A program made the translations under genes and the position numbers. The notes under the pieces were generated by a model. That model was not told the DNA's origin and ran no database searches. It was given only the letters and a program-made list of their open reading frames with translations. From Acidobacteriota bacterium (GTDB lineage: Bacteria > Acidobacteriota > UBA890 > WLXD01), in assembly GCA_965205505.1 (NCBI GenBank), contig CBDBHB010000007.1:192001-256000 (forward strand): DNA of 64,000 nucleotides, in the 5' to 3' direction. Below, one piece after another: positions 54,224 to 64,000 of the stretch. Within the stretch, counting starts at the first letter, position 1. Each line of letters begins with the position of its first letter.

Positions 54224-55564
54224 GCCCAAGTCCGGAAGCCGCGCACCCGGGGAGCCTCCCACCGGCCTCCCTCGCTCTGGTGCGCTCGTGACACCGCCTG
54301 GCCAGACAATGGCGTCGTCGTCGATCGTCAGCTGACCCGTCTTCGGGTCAACGCTGCCCACCGAGACGAAATCGACGGTCTCGCCGTCTGCCTTGTATCC
54401 ATGGCTGTTGAAGATCTGGATCGGCAAGTTGGCGCGATCGTTGGTACCGGGGACGAGCGACACGTGTCCGGTCGCTCCAGCAAAGCTCATCTGGCGTAGA
54501 TACGGCATGAGGTTATGGCCATTCACATCGACACCAGCGGCCTTGACGTCGCGGATCGCGTAGCCCACCGCGAGCATGTGGTCGTAGCTCAACGCTCCAT
54601 AGGAGAACGCCTTCGACGAGGGATCGACGGTTTTGCCGAGGCGTTTCTCGAGTGCCGTCTTGAACCGTGAGAGCGTCGGCGATTCGATGAGCCGGTTCAT
54701 GGGAGCGAAGTAGCCCAGGCTTCCGAGAACGGCTTCGGGCGCCTCGTCTGCCGAGATCATCTCCGCGGCGTAGAAAGAGTAGCCCGGTTGGTTCATCCCG
54801 AGCTCATGCAGCGCACGAAACATCGTCACGGTGTCCGGCGTAGGGCTGGTGTCGACGATGTGCCTGATGCCGGCCTGCCGCACGCTCGTCACATGCGCTT
54901 TGATCGTTGCGTACGGCGTATCGCGCGGGTAGCCGTATTCTTGGGCGATGCGAATGCCTTCACGCTGCGTAGCCTGGTGGACGACGTTCTTGGCCCCCAG
55001 TCCCCAGGCATCGGTCGTATGAAAGTACGCAATCTCCTGGACGCCAAAGTGCGCCGCGACATCGATGAGGTAGCGGTCATATTGCTCGCTCGGAGTGACC
55101 ACGCGCACGAAGTAGGGGAACTCTTCTGCCGACGACAGCACCGACGCGTTGGCGCCGCACGAGATGACCGGGATCTGGTATTTCTCTCCAACCTTGGCGA
55201 TCTCGACCGCGGGGCCGCTGCAATCCGCACCGGTGAGAACGAGGATTCCCTTCCTCATGAGCGTCTCCGCCATGAGAGCTGCGTTCTCCGGCCAGCAGTG
55301 ATAGTCGATCGTGTTCTCGTCGGTCATCCGTACGCGGTCGGCGCCCAGCATGCCTGACGCGTTGATCTCCTGGATGGCGAGCTGTGCGCCGTGCCGCTCG
55401 AAGTCTCCCCAGTCGGCATAGCGGCCGTCCCGGTAGTGGTAGGTGTACATGCCGCCGAGATCGTAGACTTCGGCTGCGCCGCTGGAATCGTGGGCTTCGA
55501 CCGCACCCATGGAAGGGACGAGCGCTGTTACTAGCAGCAAGCCTAGTTTTGTGCCGGGTTCCAT
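54185..55564 (-). CDS. Type I periplasmic-binding / ANF-receptor (Venus flytrap) domain protein with a kinase-derived N-terminus
   Basis: AIQEINASG, GADCS, LSSAEEFPYFVRVV, SYD, FAGATG, IVWPGG; begins MEPGTKLG. Confidence 0.78.
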   Translation of the reverse strand: MEPGTKLGLLLVTALVPSMGAVEAHDSSGAAEVYDLGGMYTYHYRDGRYADWGDFERHGAQLAIQEINASGMLGADRVRMTDENTIDYHCWPENAALMAETLMRKGILVLTGADCSGPAVEIAKVGEKYQIPVISCGANASVLSSAEEFPYFVRVVTPSEQYDRYLIDVAAHFGVQEIAYFHTTDAWGLGAKNVVHQATQREGIRIAQEYGYPRDTPYATIKAHVTSVRQAGIRHIVDTSPTPDTVTMFRALHELGMNQPGYSFYAAEMISADEAPEAVLGSLGYFAPMNRLIESPTLSRFKTALEKRLGKTVDPSSKAFSYGALSYDHMLAVGYAIRDVKAAGVDVNGHNLMPYLRQMSFAGATGHVSLVPGTNDRANLPIQIFNSHGYKADGETVDFVSVGSVDPKTGQLTIDDDAIVWPGGVTSAPERGRPVGGSPGARLPDLGLLGAEGLEGTHR

Positions 55565-55653
55565 GGCGCGATCACACGGAGGTAGGTGAGAGGATGAAGC
55601 CTATCGCCAGAGTGGCCGGCGGCACCAGCTCTTGCGACGCTGGCGCTCGGAGC

Positions 55654-56772
55654 TCAGGCTGGTGCCGGCTCCGCCACAACGATCTTCTCGATTGCGGCGA
55701 GCGCCTGCGTAAACTGCTCGGGCTCGGTGGCGCCGAAGGCGACGCGGAAGTGCTCCGGGTGGTCGAAACAGTCGCCAGGCGACAAGAGGATCCCTTCAGC
55801 CGCTAGCCGCTCACAAAGTGGACGCGCCGAGGGTTCGTTGATGACCCACGGAAACGCAATGAGCCCGCCCGCGGGCTCGACCCAATGGAAGCGATCGGCG
55901 TGGCGGTCGAAGAACGCCCGCAGGACGGCTAGATTCTGGCTGCCAACCGACTGTGCGCGGGCCAGCACTCGTTGGCGCTGCCGGAGGGCGATCGCCGATA
56001 GGCGCTCTGACAGCGGCGACGACGAAATCGTGAAGAAGCCACGAAGGTCAAAGTAGCTCTTCTGGCGCTCCCGATCGGTGTCGACGATCCAGCCTAGCCG
56101 CAGGCCGGCCAGCGACATGGCCTTGGACATGTCCCCGATCAGCACGGCGCCGGCGACGGCTGCACCCGCCGCCGAGATTCCGGCATGCGCGATCGGGTGC
56201 TGTACTTGATCGATCGCCAACACCACGCCTCGTTGCGCCGCAGCCTCCTGGATAGCACGCATGGCGGTCGCGTCGACGGTGGCACCCGTAGGGTTGTGTG
56301 GCGTGTTGACGAGGACCAGGCCCGTGCGATCATCAATCAGGTCGATTACCGCCTGTGGATCCAGCCGAAAGCAGTCATTGCGGCTCAGCCGGTACGGACG
56401 CGGCTCCTGGTCGAAGATCGCCGGCAGCGCGCCGAAGCTCGGGTACCCCGGATTCGGGAACACGACGTTGCCGCCGGGCGTGGCGCCGGCGGCAACCAGC
56501 ATCGCGAGACCCTCCGCGGCGCCCGAAGTGATTCGGACGTGCTCCGGGGCGGAGCCCGTGTGCTCGGCGACGGCCTCGCGAAGCTCGCCCGAGCCGGTAA
56601 CGGGCGCGTAGGTGAGCGGGTCGGCGGCGATCGCGTCGGGGGTCAGATCCTCAAGGGCCAGGAGCTCGGAGAGCGTCCACACCGGCCCGGTGCTCCCGGA
56701 CAGGTCGTAGCGCAGTGGACGTGCTTCGTGCTCGTGCATCCAAACTTCGAGGGCGAAGGTCGGGATAGTCAT
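55654..56772 (-). CDS. PLP-dependent aminotransferase class I/II
   Basis: NTPHNPTG and SKAMSLAGLRLGW. Confidence 0.9.
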   Translation of the reverse strand: MTIPTFALEVWMHEHEARPLRYDLSGSTGPVWTLSELLALEDLTPDAIAADPLTYAPVTGSGELREAVAEHTGSAPEHVRITSGAAEGLAMLVAAGATPGGNVVFPNPGYPSFGALPAIFDQEPRPYRLSRNDCFRLDPQAVIDLIDDRTGLVLVNTPHNPTGATVDATAMRAIQEAAAQRGVVLAIDQVQHPIAHAGISAAGAAVAGAVLIGDMSKAMSLAGLRLGWIVDTDRERQKSYFDLRGFFTISSSPLSERLSAIALRQRQRVLARAQSVGSQNLAVLRAFFDRHADRFHWVEPAGGLIAFPWVINEPSARPLCERLAAEGILLSPGDCFDHPEHFRVAFGATEPEQFTQALAAIEKIVVAEPAPA

Positions 56773-56802
56773 CGGGTACCTCCGTACCCCCCCGTCGCGT
56801 GG

Positions 56803-57456
56803 CTACCCGGCGCGAGCTTCGGCAGATGAAAGCTGCTGGCGCGCGATTTCTGCCAGCGCCGGGACCAGATCTCCGTAGCCGGTAAAGCGTCGTTCATACT
56901 CCAGGCCTAGAAATTCCGCCGCTCCGCGCGCGCGCTCGTCCAATTGCGCATCATCGGTTTGGGCGATGTAGAGCGCCTTTGTGTAGTTGCCGAAATACAT
57001 CTCCAGTAGTTCCGGATGCCGGTCGAGACCCAGCGGGCGCTTCAGGAACGCATCGAAGTTGCGTGCCAAGAAATCTGTGATGAAGAAGGTCGTCAGATAG
57101 GCGCCGTCTGCTTCTTCGAAGGCTTGATTGCCCATGTAGAACGAAAAGCAATGCGGCCCTTCTATGCGTGACACACCATGCTTTTCGCACACTTTGTCCA
57201 GCTCGCCGCAGGTACCGCAGTCGGCGTAGCCGACGAATACATCTTGATACCCATCAGCACGCGCCTTGTGGATTGCGATATCCATGGCCGGGGCGATTTT
57301 CTCTGGATGGAAGTGGTAGTCCGCCGGCAGGCACTTCAGGTCGACATAGTCAAAACCCAACTGCGCGTTCACCGCCATGACTTCACGGGCAATCATGCCG
57401 CAGGCGATGACGCGGATCTTGCTCTTGTCTGCTGGGCGCGCCGGTTCCTTGATCAT
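56803..57456 (-). CDS. DUF1638 domain protein
   Basis: IACGMIARE, CLPADYH, YADCGT, GPHCF, LGLDRHPEL. Confidence 0.82.
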   Translation of the reverse strand: MIKEPARPADKSKIRVIACGMIAREVMAVNAQLGFDYVDLKCLPADYHFHPEKIAPAMDIAIHKARADGYQDVFVGYADCGTCGELDKVCEKHGVSRIEGPHCFSFYMGNQAFEEADGAYLTTFFITDFLARNFDAFLKRPLGLDRHPELLEMYFGNYTKALYIAQTDDAQLDERARGAAEFLGLEYERRFTGYGDLVPALAEIARQQLSSAEARAG

Positions 57457-57484
57457 GGCTCGAGTTTACAGACAGTCATCGCTG

Positions 57485-58123
57485 CTAGGAGACGGGGCGG
57501 CTGGTTGCCTCACCGACCGCGGCTCGGCGGCTGTATTCGAGCGCACGGAGCACGTATGCGGGGTAGACCCCGGCGCCCAGCGAGCCGGCGATAGCGTAGT
57601 TGTTGGGCCTGAGCTCGTCCGACTGGAAGGCGATCTCCACTCGGCCGCTAACGCTATTGAAGCCCTTCTCCTCGGCATGAGCGCCGATCGTGAGATATGT
57701 CCAGATGAGCGCAGTGCCAGCGCGGATGGGCCGCTCGCCATCAGGCACCCCGAGCGTCACCGCGATGCGGCCGCGGTCGGACCTCCAGCCGCGGAACCGC
57801 GTGTCCCGGAACCTACGGTTGGCGTAGGCGACGCGCTCGTAGAATGCGTCCTTGAACGGGTTTCCCTCCACCCGCAGATCGATGTCACGACGATCCCAGA
57901 AACGGGTGATGAAGGAGGCGCGCTGGTCGGAGGTCTGTAGCTCCTCCCAGATGTCGCGCTCCTCGTCGAGGATCAGGTACTCCGCCGGGCCGTCCAGCCA
58001 GCGGTCGGGGTCGCTCTCGTAGAGCGTCATCGCCTCGGCGGCGTCCTTCGGAAGCTGGCCAAGCGCCGCCGGCGCCACCGTAGGCAGCGCCAGGGTCAGC
58101 GCGGTCACCAATAGAACTCTCAT
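57485..58123 (-). CDS. GWxTD domain protein
   Basis: RVAYANRRF...GWRSDRGRIAVTLGVPD; signal peptide. Confidence 0.85.
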   Translation of the reverse strand: MRVLLVTALTLALPTVAPAALGQLPKDAAEAMTLYESDPDRWLDGPAEYLILDEERDIWEELQTSDQRASFITRFWDRRDIDLRVEGNPFKDAFYERVAYANRRFRDTRFRGWRSDRGRIAVTLGVPDGERPIRAGTALIWTYLTIGAHAEEKGFNSVSGRVEIAFQSDELRPNNYAIAGSLGAGVYPAYVLRALEYSRRAAVGEATSRPVS

Positions 58124-58331
58124 GTCACTCCCCTGTCGTTTCACCCGCGGGCGCGTTTGATATAGGCAATCGGGAGTCTGCCGAGGCTGGTGTGCGCCGA
58201 CTCTCGGACTCTACCAGTAAGTCATGCTCCGCCGGTACCGAATGGGCCTGTCGGCACGAGTATCTCTCGCACGTCATGCTCCCCATCGCCCCGCGTTGGC
58301 GGCTGCGGCCCGGCGAACGAGGGGCGCGCCG

Positions 58332-59813
58332 TCAGGGGGTTTCGTCGAGCAGCCTTTCGAGCTCCGAGCGCAGGCTTTCGAGGATCCGCGCGTGGGAGGC
58401 TGAGTCGATCAGGTTGGTGAGCTCGTGGGGGTCGACCTCGAGATCGTAGAGCTCGTCCATACCCTCGAGCTCCAGATACCGGATGTACTTGTGGCGCTCG
58501 GTGCGAACAGCCCGGTACCCCATGCTGACGATGCGCGGAAAGACGGTGTCGGTGTAGTACTCAATGAGCAGCGATCGCCTCCAGTCGGGCTCTTCGCCGC
58601 GCATGATCGGGACCAGGGAGCGGCCATGCAGGGGGCGCGCGGGCTGCGATTCGCCGATTTCCAAGAGGGTCGGTGCCAAGTCGATACTGAGCACCAGCTG
58701 CTCGGGCATGGCTCCGGCGGTGGCGAGAGCCGGGTAGCGAACCAGCAACGGGATTCGCGCCGTCTCCTCATAGGCCAGGCGCCGCTCACCTCCCAGGCCA
58801 TGCTCGCCGTAGAAATAACCATGGTCGCCCGCCACCACCACTACGGTGTTGTCGAGCTCGGCACGTGCCTGCAGCGCGTTCAGGATCCGCCCTAGACTGT
58901 CGTCGACGCTCAGGAGCATCTCCAGACGCTGCCGTATGGTGGCGTCGGTGGTGCCGCCCCCCGGCGTCAGCGCTGAAAGGCCCTCGATCGGACGTTGAAG
59001 CGCCGGCTGGCCGACGATGGGTCGGAGGGCGTTCAGACGCCGTGAGATCGTCGCGGCGGCATAGCGTCCCCGATGTCGCTCCGCCGCTATGAAGCCGCTC
59101 GGTTGGCCGGCGACGGCGCCAGTGCTGCCGTCGTCGCGCTGCACCACGTTTGGGTGCATTGCTTTGTGTGAGAGGTAGAGGAGAAAAGGAGCGTCGCGAG
59201 GTCGCTCGATAAACTCGAGCGCGTGCTCTGTGAGCACGTCGGTTACATAGCCTTCGGACGGCGTCCGGGTACCGTCGATGTTGAGCAGCGGATCCACGGC
59301 CTCACCCTGACCGCGCATTGCCACCCAGCGATCGAAGCCGGGACGAGGGCTGTCATCGTTGCCCATGTGCCACTTGCCGATGAACGCAGTCTCGTAGCCA
59401 CTCGCCTGCAGGGCTCGCGGGAACGTTGGCAACCGGTGGGTGGCCTCGTCGCGCGCCAGATTGTCGGTGATCCCGTGCGTGTGGGCGTAGAGTCCGGTCA
59501 GGAACGACGCGCGGCTCGGCGAGCAAAGCGGGGTGGTGGTGAACGCGTTGAGAAACCGAACCCCCTCGCGGGCAACGCGGTCGATATTGGGCGTCTGCAC
59601 GAACGGGTGACCGCCGGCACCGAAATCGTCCCAGCGCATGTCGTCGACCAGAACAACGACCATGTTGGGACGCTGGGGCGCCTGAGCCACCGTCGCCCAG
59701 GCGCGCGTAGCGTCGCCCGCGCCGATGAGAGACGCAGCGAGCATGAGCGCGAAGCCCGCGCGCTTGACGGTGGCGCGAAGTCGGGACGGGAAATGCCGCC
59801 TGGGCATGATCAA
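58332..59813 (-). CDS. Sulfatase (N-acetylglucosamine-6-sulfatase-like)
   Basis: DDMR, CSPSRAS, GKWHMG, DHG, ELYDL. Confidence 0.92.
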   Translation of the reverse strand: MIMPRRHFPSRLRATVKRAGFALMLAASLIGAGDATRAWATVAQAPQRPNMVVVLVDDMRWDDFGAGGHPFVQTPNIDRVAREGVRFLNAFTTTPLCSPSRASFLTGLYAHTHGITDNLARDEATHRLPTFPRALQASGYETAFIGKWHMGNDDSPRPGFDRWVAMRGQGEAVDPLLNIDGTRTPSEGYVTDVLTEHALEFIERPRDAPFLLYLSHKAMHPNVVQRDDGSTGAVAGQPSGFIAAERHRGRYAAATISRRLNALRPIVGQPALQRPIEGLSALTPGGGTTDATIRQRLEMLLSVDDSLGRILNALQARAELDNTVVVVAGDHGYFYGEHGLGGERRLAYEETARIPLLVRYPALATAGAMPEQLVLSIDLAPTLLEIGESQPARPLHGRSLVPIMRGEEPDWRRSLLIEYYTDTVFPRIVSMGYRAVRTERHKYIRYLELEGMDELYDLEVDPHELTNLIDSASHARILESLRSELERLLDETP

Positions 59814-59994
59814 TTCACCGATTGGACTGATTCAGTAGCGCCACTCGGATCACAGTGTGGCCGAGGTGGCGCCATCCGACAACTTCTAGCTGGTTGGTGC
59901 CTCGCCGTGACGACAACCGAGGAGAGGAGGGTTAGCATGACCGATGGTTCCGAGCAGGCTCGAGTTACCGTCACAGGCTGGGGAATAGGGCGAG

Positions 59995-60651
59995 ATGCTG
60001 TTGTGTGCGACGGGTCTCGGCCGCCGTCTCGGAGACACCTGGATCTGGCGCGGCGTCGACGTGCAGCTGCAGGCCGGCGAGAATCTGGCGATCCTCGGCT
60101 CCACCGGCGCCGGCAAGTCGTTGCTGCTGCGCTGCCTCGCCGGGCTCGATGTAGCAAACGAAGGTCGAATCGCCGTCAGCGACAGGCCGCTCGACGAGTG
60201 GCAGATGCCCAGCTACCGTGCCCGCGTCGTCTACCTTCACCAGCGGCCGGCGCTCTGGGAAGGAACCGTCGAGGACAACCTGCGTGCCGTTTTTCGTCTC
60301 GCGGCCCATCGCTCGCGCGGCTACGACCGCTCCCACGGGTTGCGCCGGCTCGCGGTCTTCGAGCGTGACGAGGCATTCCTGGGAAAGGCCACGGCGCAGC
60401 TCTCGGGCGGCGAGGCCGAGATCGTCGCGCTGATCCGTGCGCTCAGCGTGGAGCCCTCGGTGCTGCTCCTCGACGAGCCGACCGCCTCGATGGATGCCAC
60501 CGCTACCCGGCAGGTCGAGAAGCTGCTGAAACGCTGGGTGTGTGACGGGCCGAATCGGGCGAGCGTGTGGACCAGCCACAACGCCGATCAGGTGCGCCGC
60601 GTCGCCGGCCGGACGCTGACATTGACCGGTACCGAGCGGTCCGCCTCGTGA
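59995..60651 (+). CDS. ABC ATP-binding protein (FetA/YbbL-like)
   Basis: GSTGAGKS, LSGGE, LLLDEPTASMD. Confidence 0.88.
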   Translation: MLLCATGLGRRLGDTWIWRGVDVQLQAGENLAILGSTGAGKSLLLRCLAGLDVANEGRIAVSDRPLDEWQMPSYRARVVYLHQRPALWEGTVEDNLRAVFRLAAHRSRGYDRSHGLRRLAVFERDEAFLGKATAQLSGGEAEIVALIRALSVEPSVLLLDEPTASMDATATRQVEKLLKRWVCDGPNRASVWTSHNADQVRRVAGRTLTLTGTERSAS

Positions 60652-61448
60652 ACGGCTACTTGCAGATCGGATACGGGCAGACGGCGATCGCCGGGCTTCT
60701 CATCGTCGCCAACCTGGCGCTGTCGGCGGCGCTGAGCCTCGGTCTCGGCCGCCGTCTGCTCGTCGCGTCGCTGCGCATGAGCGTCCAGCTACTTCTCGTC
60801 GGCCTGGTGCTGGAGTGGGTCTTTACGTTGGAAGACCCCTTGACCGTGCTGGCACTCGCGGTGGCAATGGCCGCCATGGCCGGTGTGGCGGCGGTAAACC
60901 GTACCCGGCGACGCTTCGCCGGCATCTACTGGAGCAGCCTCGTCTCGGTGAGCGGCTCTTCGTTCTTCGTCACCGGGCTGGCTCTGCTGGGGATCGTTCG
61001 GGTCGAGCCGTGGTTTGAGCCCCAGTACCTCATCCCGCTCCTCGGTATGGTGCTGGGAAACACGCTCAACAGCATCTCCCTGTCGCTCGACCGCTTTGTC
61101 GAGTCGTTGGTGCAGCGACACGACGCCGTCGAAGCAACGCTGGCGCTCGGCGGCAGCCGCTGGGAGGCGGCACACGAGCACATCCGCGATGCCATGCGGG
61201 TCGGGCTGATTCCCACGATCAACTCGATGATGGTGATGGGCGTCGTTAGCCTGCCCGGAATGATGACCGGCCAGATCCTCGCTGGCGCCGAACCCGGCGA
61301 CGCGGTCCGTTACCAGATCGTCATCATGTTCATGATCGCCTCGGCGGCCGCCCTGGGCGCCTTCGGCGTGGTGTTCTTCGCGTATCGTCGGCTCTTCGAC
61401 CATCACCACCGGCTACGGCTCGATCGCCTTCGCCAGGTCGATGTCTAA
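60648..61448 (+). CDS. fetB: UPF0014 permease (FetB/YbbM-like)
   Basis: QLLLVG, IPLLGMVLGN, VSLPGMMTGQILAG, AVRYQIVIMF. Confidence 0.9.
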   Translation: MNGYLQIGYGQTAIAGLLIVANLALSAALSLGLGRRLLVASLRMSVQLLLVGLVLEWVFTLEDPLTVLALAVAMAAMAGVAAVNRTRRRFAGIYWSSLVSVSGSSFFVTGLALLGIVRVEPWFEPQYLIPLLGMVLGNTLNSISLSLDRFVESLVQRHDAVEATLALGGSRWEAAHEHIRDAMRVGLIPTINSMMVMGVVSLPGMMTGQILAGAEPGDAVRYQIVIMFMIASAAALGAFGVVFFAYRRLFDHHHRLRLDRLRQVDV

Positions 61449-61654
61449 CCACGGCACCGCTACCAAAGAGGGTTGGGTGAGTGGCTGAAACCTATCGCCA
61501 GAGCACATGAGATCCAGTGTTCGGTTTGGAATGGTATTCCGGCTAGTTGACATTGGCCCTGGAGCAGCGGAGGCTGCAGGCGATCTGCACATGGGTCGGG
61601 CTCGAGAAAAGCCGGTGCACCGCGCATTTGCCGCGTTAGAGAATTGGAGGAGTT

Positions 61655-63661
61655 ATGTCCAGGAGTGGGGACCGTGATCTCGGGATGCACCGGGATATCA
61701 ACCGGCGCGATTTCATCAACGGTGTCGGGGTTGCAATCGGCGGGTCGCTCATCGCGCCTGGCTGGCTTTCGGCGCGTGAGGGTACGCCCTACCCGTCCCT
61801 GGGGCAGGAGTACTATCCGCCGGCCCTGACTGGAATGCGCGGCAGTCATCCCGGTTCGTTCGAGGCCGGCCATGCGCTCCGCGATGGCAACAGCTGGAGC
61901 GATGTCACCGACACGCGTGAGAGCTACGACATGGTGGTGGTCGGAGGCGGGCTGAGCGGGCTCTCGGCGGCCTATTTCTTCCTGACCTCGGCGGGCCGCG
62001 GCGCACGGGTGCTGGTACTCGACAACCACGATGACTTCGGCGGCCATGCCAAGCGCAACGAGATGACCTATCGAGGCCGCACGCTGATGCTGCCCGGTGG
62101 CACGTCGTATCTGGAGTCCGTGGGCCACTACAGCGCCGTCTGCAGGACGCTCCTTGCTGCGATCGGCATCGACATCGACAGTGCGACTGCCACCAGCGCC
62201 GCGGGTCGGAGGTTCTACGGATCGCTGGGCCTCGGTAGCGCCACGTTCTTCGGCAAAGAGGTGTTCGGCGAGGACCGGCTGGTGATGGGACGCGGCGGGC
62301 AATCCGGTGGATGGGCCGATTGGCTCGCCCAGACGCCGATGTCTGCCGAGGCGCAGCGAGATATCGCGCGGCTCTACGACGACGGTGCGAACCCGGACTA
62401 TATGCCCGGACTGTCGGATGCGGACAAGAAGGATCGCCTGGCGCGGATGAGCTATCGGGACTTCCTCCTCGACCTCGTCAAGGCTCACCCCGACGTGATC
62501 CCGTTCTTCAATGACCGCCCGAAGGGCAGCTTCTGTGTGGGCATCGACGGCCATCCGGCGCTCTATGGATGGGTGCAGGGCTATCCCGGCTTCCAAGGAA
62601 TGAACCTCGAGCCCCTCTCACCCGTGGGCCCCCTCGCCCACATCGGCGGCGGCCAACACGGTCGCGAGGACGAGTTCGACGACAAACCGGACATCCACTT
62701 TCCCGACGGCAACGCGACGGTGGCGCGGCTGCTGGTTCGTGCCATGATCCCGGACGCCCTTCCGGGCACCTCGCTGGGCGACTCGATGACCTCGCGCCTC
62801 AGGTACGACCGCATCGACCGCGAGGGCTCCGACGCCCGGATCCGCCTCAACAGCATGGCCGTATCTGTCCGGCACCTGGGCGACCCCGACGCGGCTCGCG
62901 AGGTCGAGATCACCTATGTGCGCGGCGGCAAGGCCGAGAAGGTTCGCGCGGCGCACGTTGTGATGGGGTGCTACAACGGGATCATCCCGCACCTGTGCCC
63001 GGAGATGTCCGACGAGCAGAAGGTGGCGCTCAAGTATGGCGTCAAGATGCCGCTCGTCTCCACCAACGTTCTCACCCGAGATTGGACGGCCTTCAAGAAG
63101 CTGGGCATCTCACGGGTGACCGCTCCGGGGATGTACCACAGCGGCGTCAGCCTGGGCCGCTCCATTCCGTTCGGTGACTACGAACCCTCCAGATCGGCTG
63201 ACGACCCGATGATCCTGCACATGTCCAGGACGCCCTGCGCTCCTGGACACCCGAAGAAGGAGCAACATCGCATCGGGCGAGAGGATCTGTTGGCCACCAC
63301 CTTCGAGACCTTCGAGCGCAACATCCGCGACCAGCTCGGTCGAATGCTCGAGGGCGGGGGTTTCGACCCGGCCCGCGACATCGAAGCGATCACCGTGAAC
63401 CGCTGGCCGCACGGTTATGCCTATAGCTACAACACCCTGGACGATCCGATCGAGTGGGCGCTGTTCGCCCCCGACGATCGGCCATGCGTGGTCGGAAGTC
63501 GGCGATTCGGTCGGATTTCCATCGCCAACTCCGATGCCGCTGCCTCCACCCACACGGACTCAGCCATCGACGAGGCGCATCGAGCCGCCCGCGAGCAGCT
63601 CCTCGTTCGGAGCCTCGCCCGGCGAAGAGCCTCCAGCACGGACGAGACGCTGTCCCAGTAG
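61655..63661 (+). CDS. Tat-exported flavoprotein, spermidine dehydrogenase (SpdH)-like
   Basis: NRRDFING, YYPPALTGMRGSHPGSFE, GGGLSG, DNHDDFGGHAKRNE and NRWPHGYAY. Confidence 0.85.
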   Translation: MSRSGDRDLGMHRDINRRDFINGVGVAIGGSLIAPGWLSAREGTPYPSLGQEYYPPALTGMRGSHPGSFEAGHALRDGNSWSDVTDTRESYDMVVVGGGLSGLSAAYFFLTSAGRGARVLVLDNHDDFGGHAKRNEMTYRGRTLMLPGGTSYLESVGHYSAVCRTLLAAIGIDIDSATATSAAGRRFYGSLGLGSATFFGKEVFGEDRLVMGRGGQSGGWADWLAQTPMSAEAQRDIARLYDDGANPDYMPGLSDADKKDRLARMSYRDFLLDLVKAHPDVIPFFNDRPKGSFCVGIDGHPALYGWVQGYPGFQGMNLEPLSPVGPLAHIGGGQHGREDEFDDKPDIHFPDGNATVARLLVRAMIPDALPGTSLGDSMTSRLRYDRIDREGSDARIRLNSMAVSVRHLGDPDAAREVEITYVRGGKAEKVRAAHVVMGCYNGIIPHLCPEMSDEQKVALKYGVKMPLVSTNVLTRDWTAFKKLGISRVTAPGMYHSGVSLGRSIPFGDYEPSRSADDPMILHMSRTPCAPGHPKKEQHRIGREDLLATTFETFERNIRDQLGRMLEGGGFDPARDIEAITVNRWPHGYAYSYNTLDDPIEWALFAPDDRPCVVGSRRFGRISIANSDAAASTHTDSAIDEAHRAAREQLLVRSLARRRASSTDETLSQ

Positions 63662-63759
63662 GACCAGGGCATCTGTAGCCCGTGCCAGTTCGGCACTAAG
63701 GCCGAAGGTTTGCAGCAACCCACGAGCCGTCTGATCGTATCTTCGGCCCTACCCATGCC

Positions 63760-64000
63760 TTACTCCAAGCCGAACGCCAGCAATACGTTCCCGGGGGAAC
63801 CGCGCAGAATCGCGTAGCCGGAGCCGACGTACATCATGCCGTCGACGATCGAGGGCGCCGCGCCGCCGAAGCCGCCGCCGAAGCCCTTCACGCCGTTGAT
63901 GGTCTCGAAATCCCGCTGCGTGGCGAACTCCCACATCACGCTGCCGTCTTCGGTCGAGAAGGCGCGCATCACGCCGTCGCGCGAGCCGGCGAGGACCGCG
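63760..64000 (-). CDS. PQQ-binding beta-propeller dehydrogenase (PVA dehydrogenase-like), C-terminus only
   Basis: FETINGVKGFGG...DGMMYVGSGY...PGNVLLAF; continues past the right edge. Confidence 0.8.
   Translation of the reverse strand, partial: AVLAGSRDGVMRAFSTEDGSVMWEFATQRDFETINGVKGFGGGFGGAAPSIVDGMMYVGSGYAILRGSPGNVLLAFGLE

Overview
High-GC bacterial DNA, most likely Acidobacteriota (GWxTD protein, remnant of an ADOP-type permease, tandem Ser/Thr kinase-PD40 genes; this is an inference). It is an accessory patchwork of mostly unlinked secreted hydrolases, oxidoreductases and transporters: a Co-type nitrile hydratase cluster, amidohydrolases, sulfatases, a TonB receptor with an iron-type operator, a Doc toxin-antitoxin pair and ilvD. 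Many gene scraps and frameshifts lie between them. Main observations: (1) a dispersed IS/MITE end, CTAGCAGGCCGTGGTGAAAGTG, with about 10 copies and no transposase in the window; (2) an RT-deleted group II intron inserted precisely into that end, with a matching EBS1; (3) two UGA-selenocysteine genes missed by the ORF track (a rhodanese with an fdhF-like SECIS, and a DUF3179 gene); (4) recurring 5' and 3' termini of a Ser/Thr kinase family attached to unrelated genes, two of them broken at the element's CTAG target; (5) Tat or Sec export signals on normally cytoplasmic enzyme families. No rRNA, tRNA or CRISPR array was seen. Family calls come from motif recognition by eye, not from database searches. 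Frameshifts and rearrangements could partly be sequencing or assembly artefacts.
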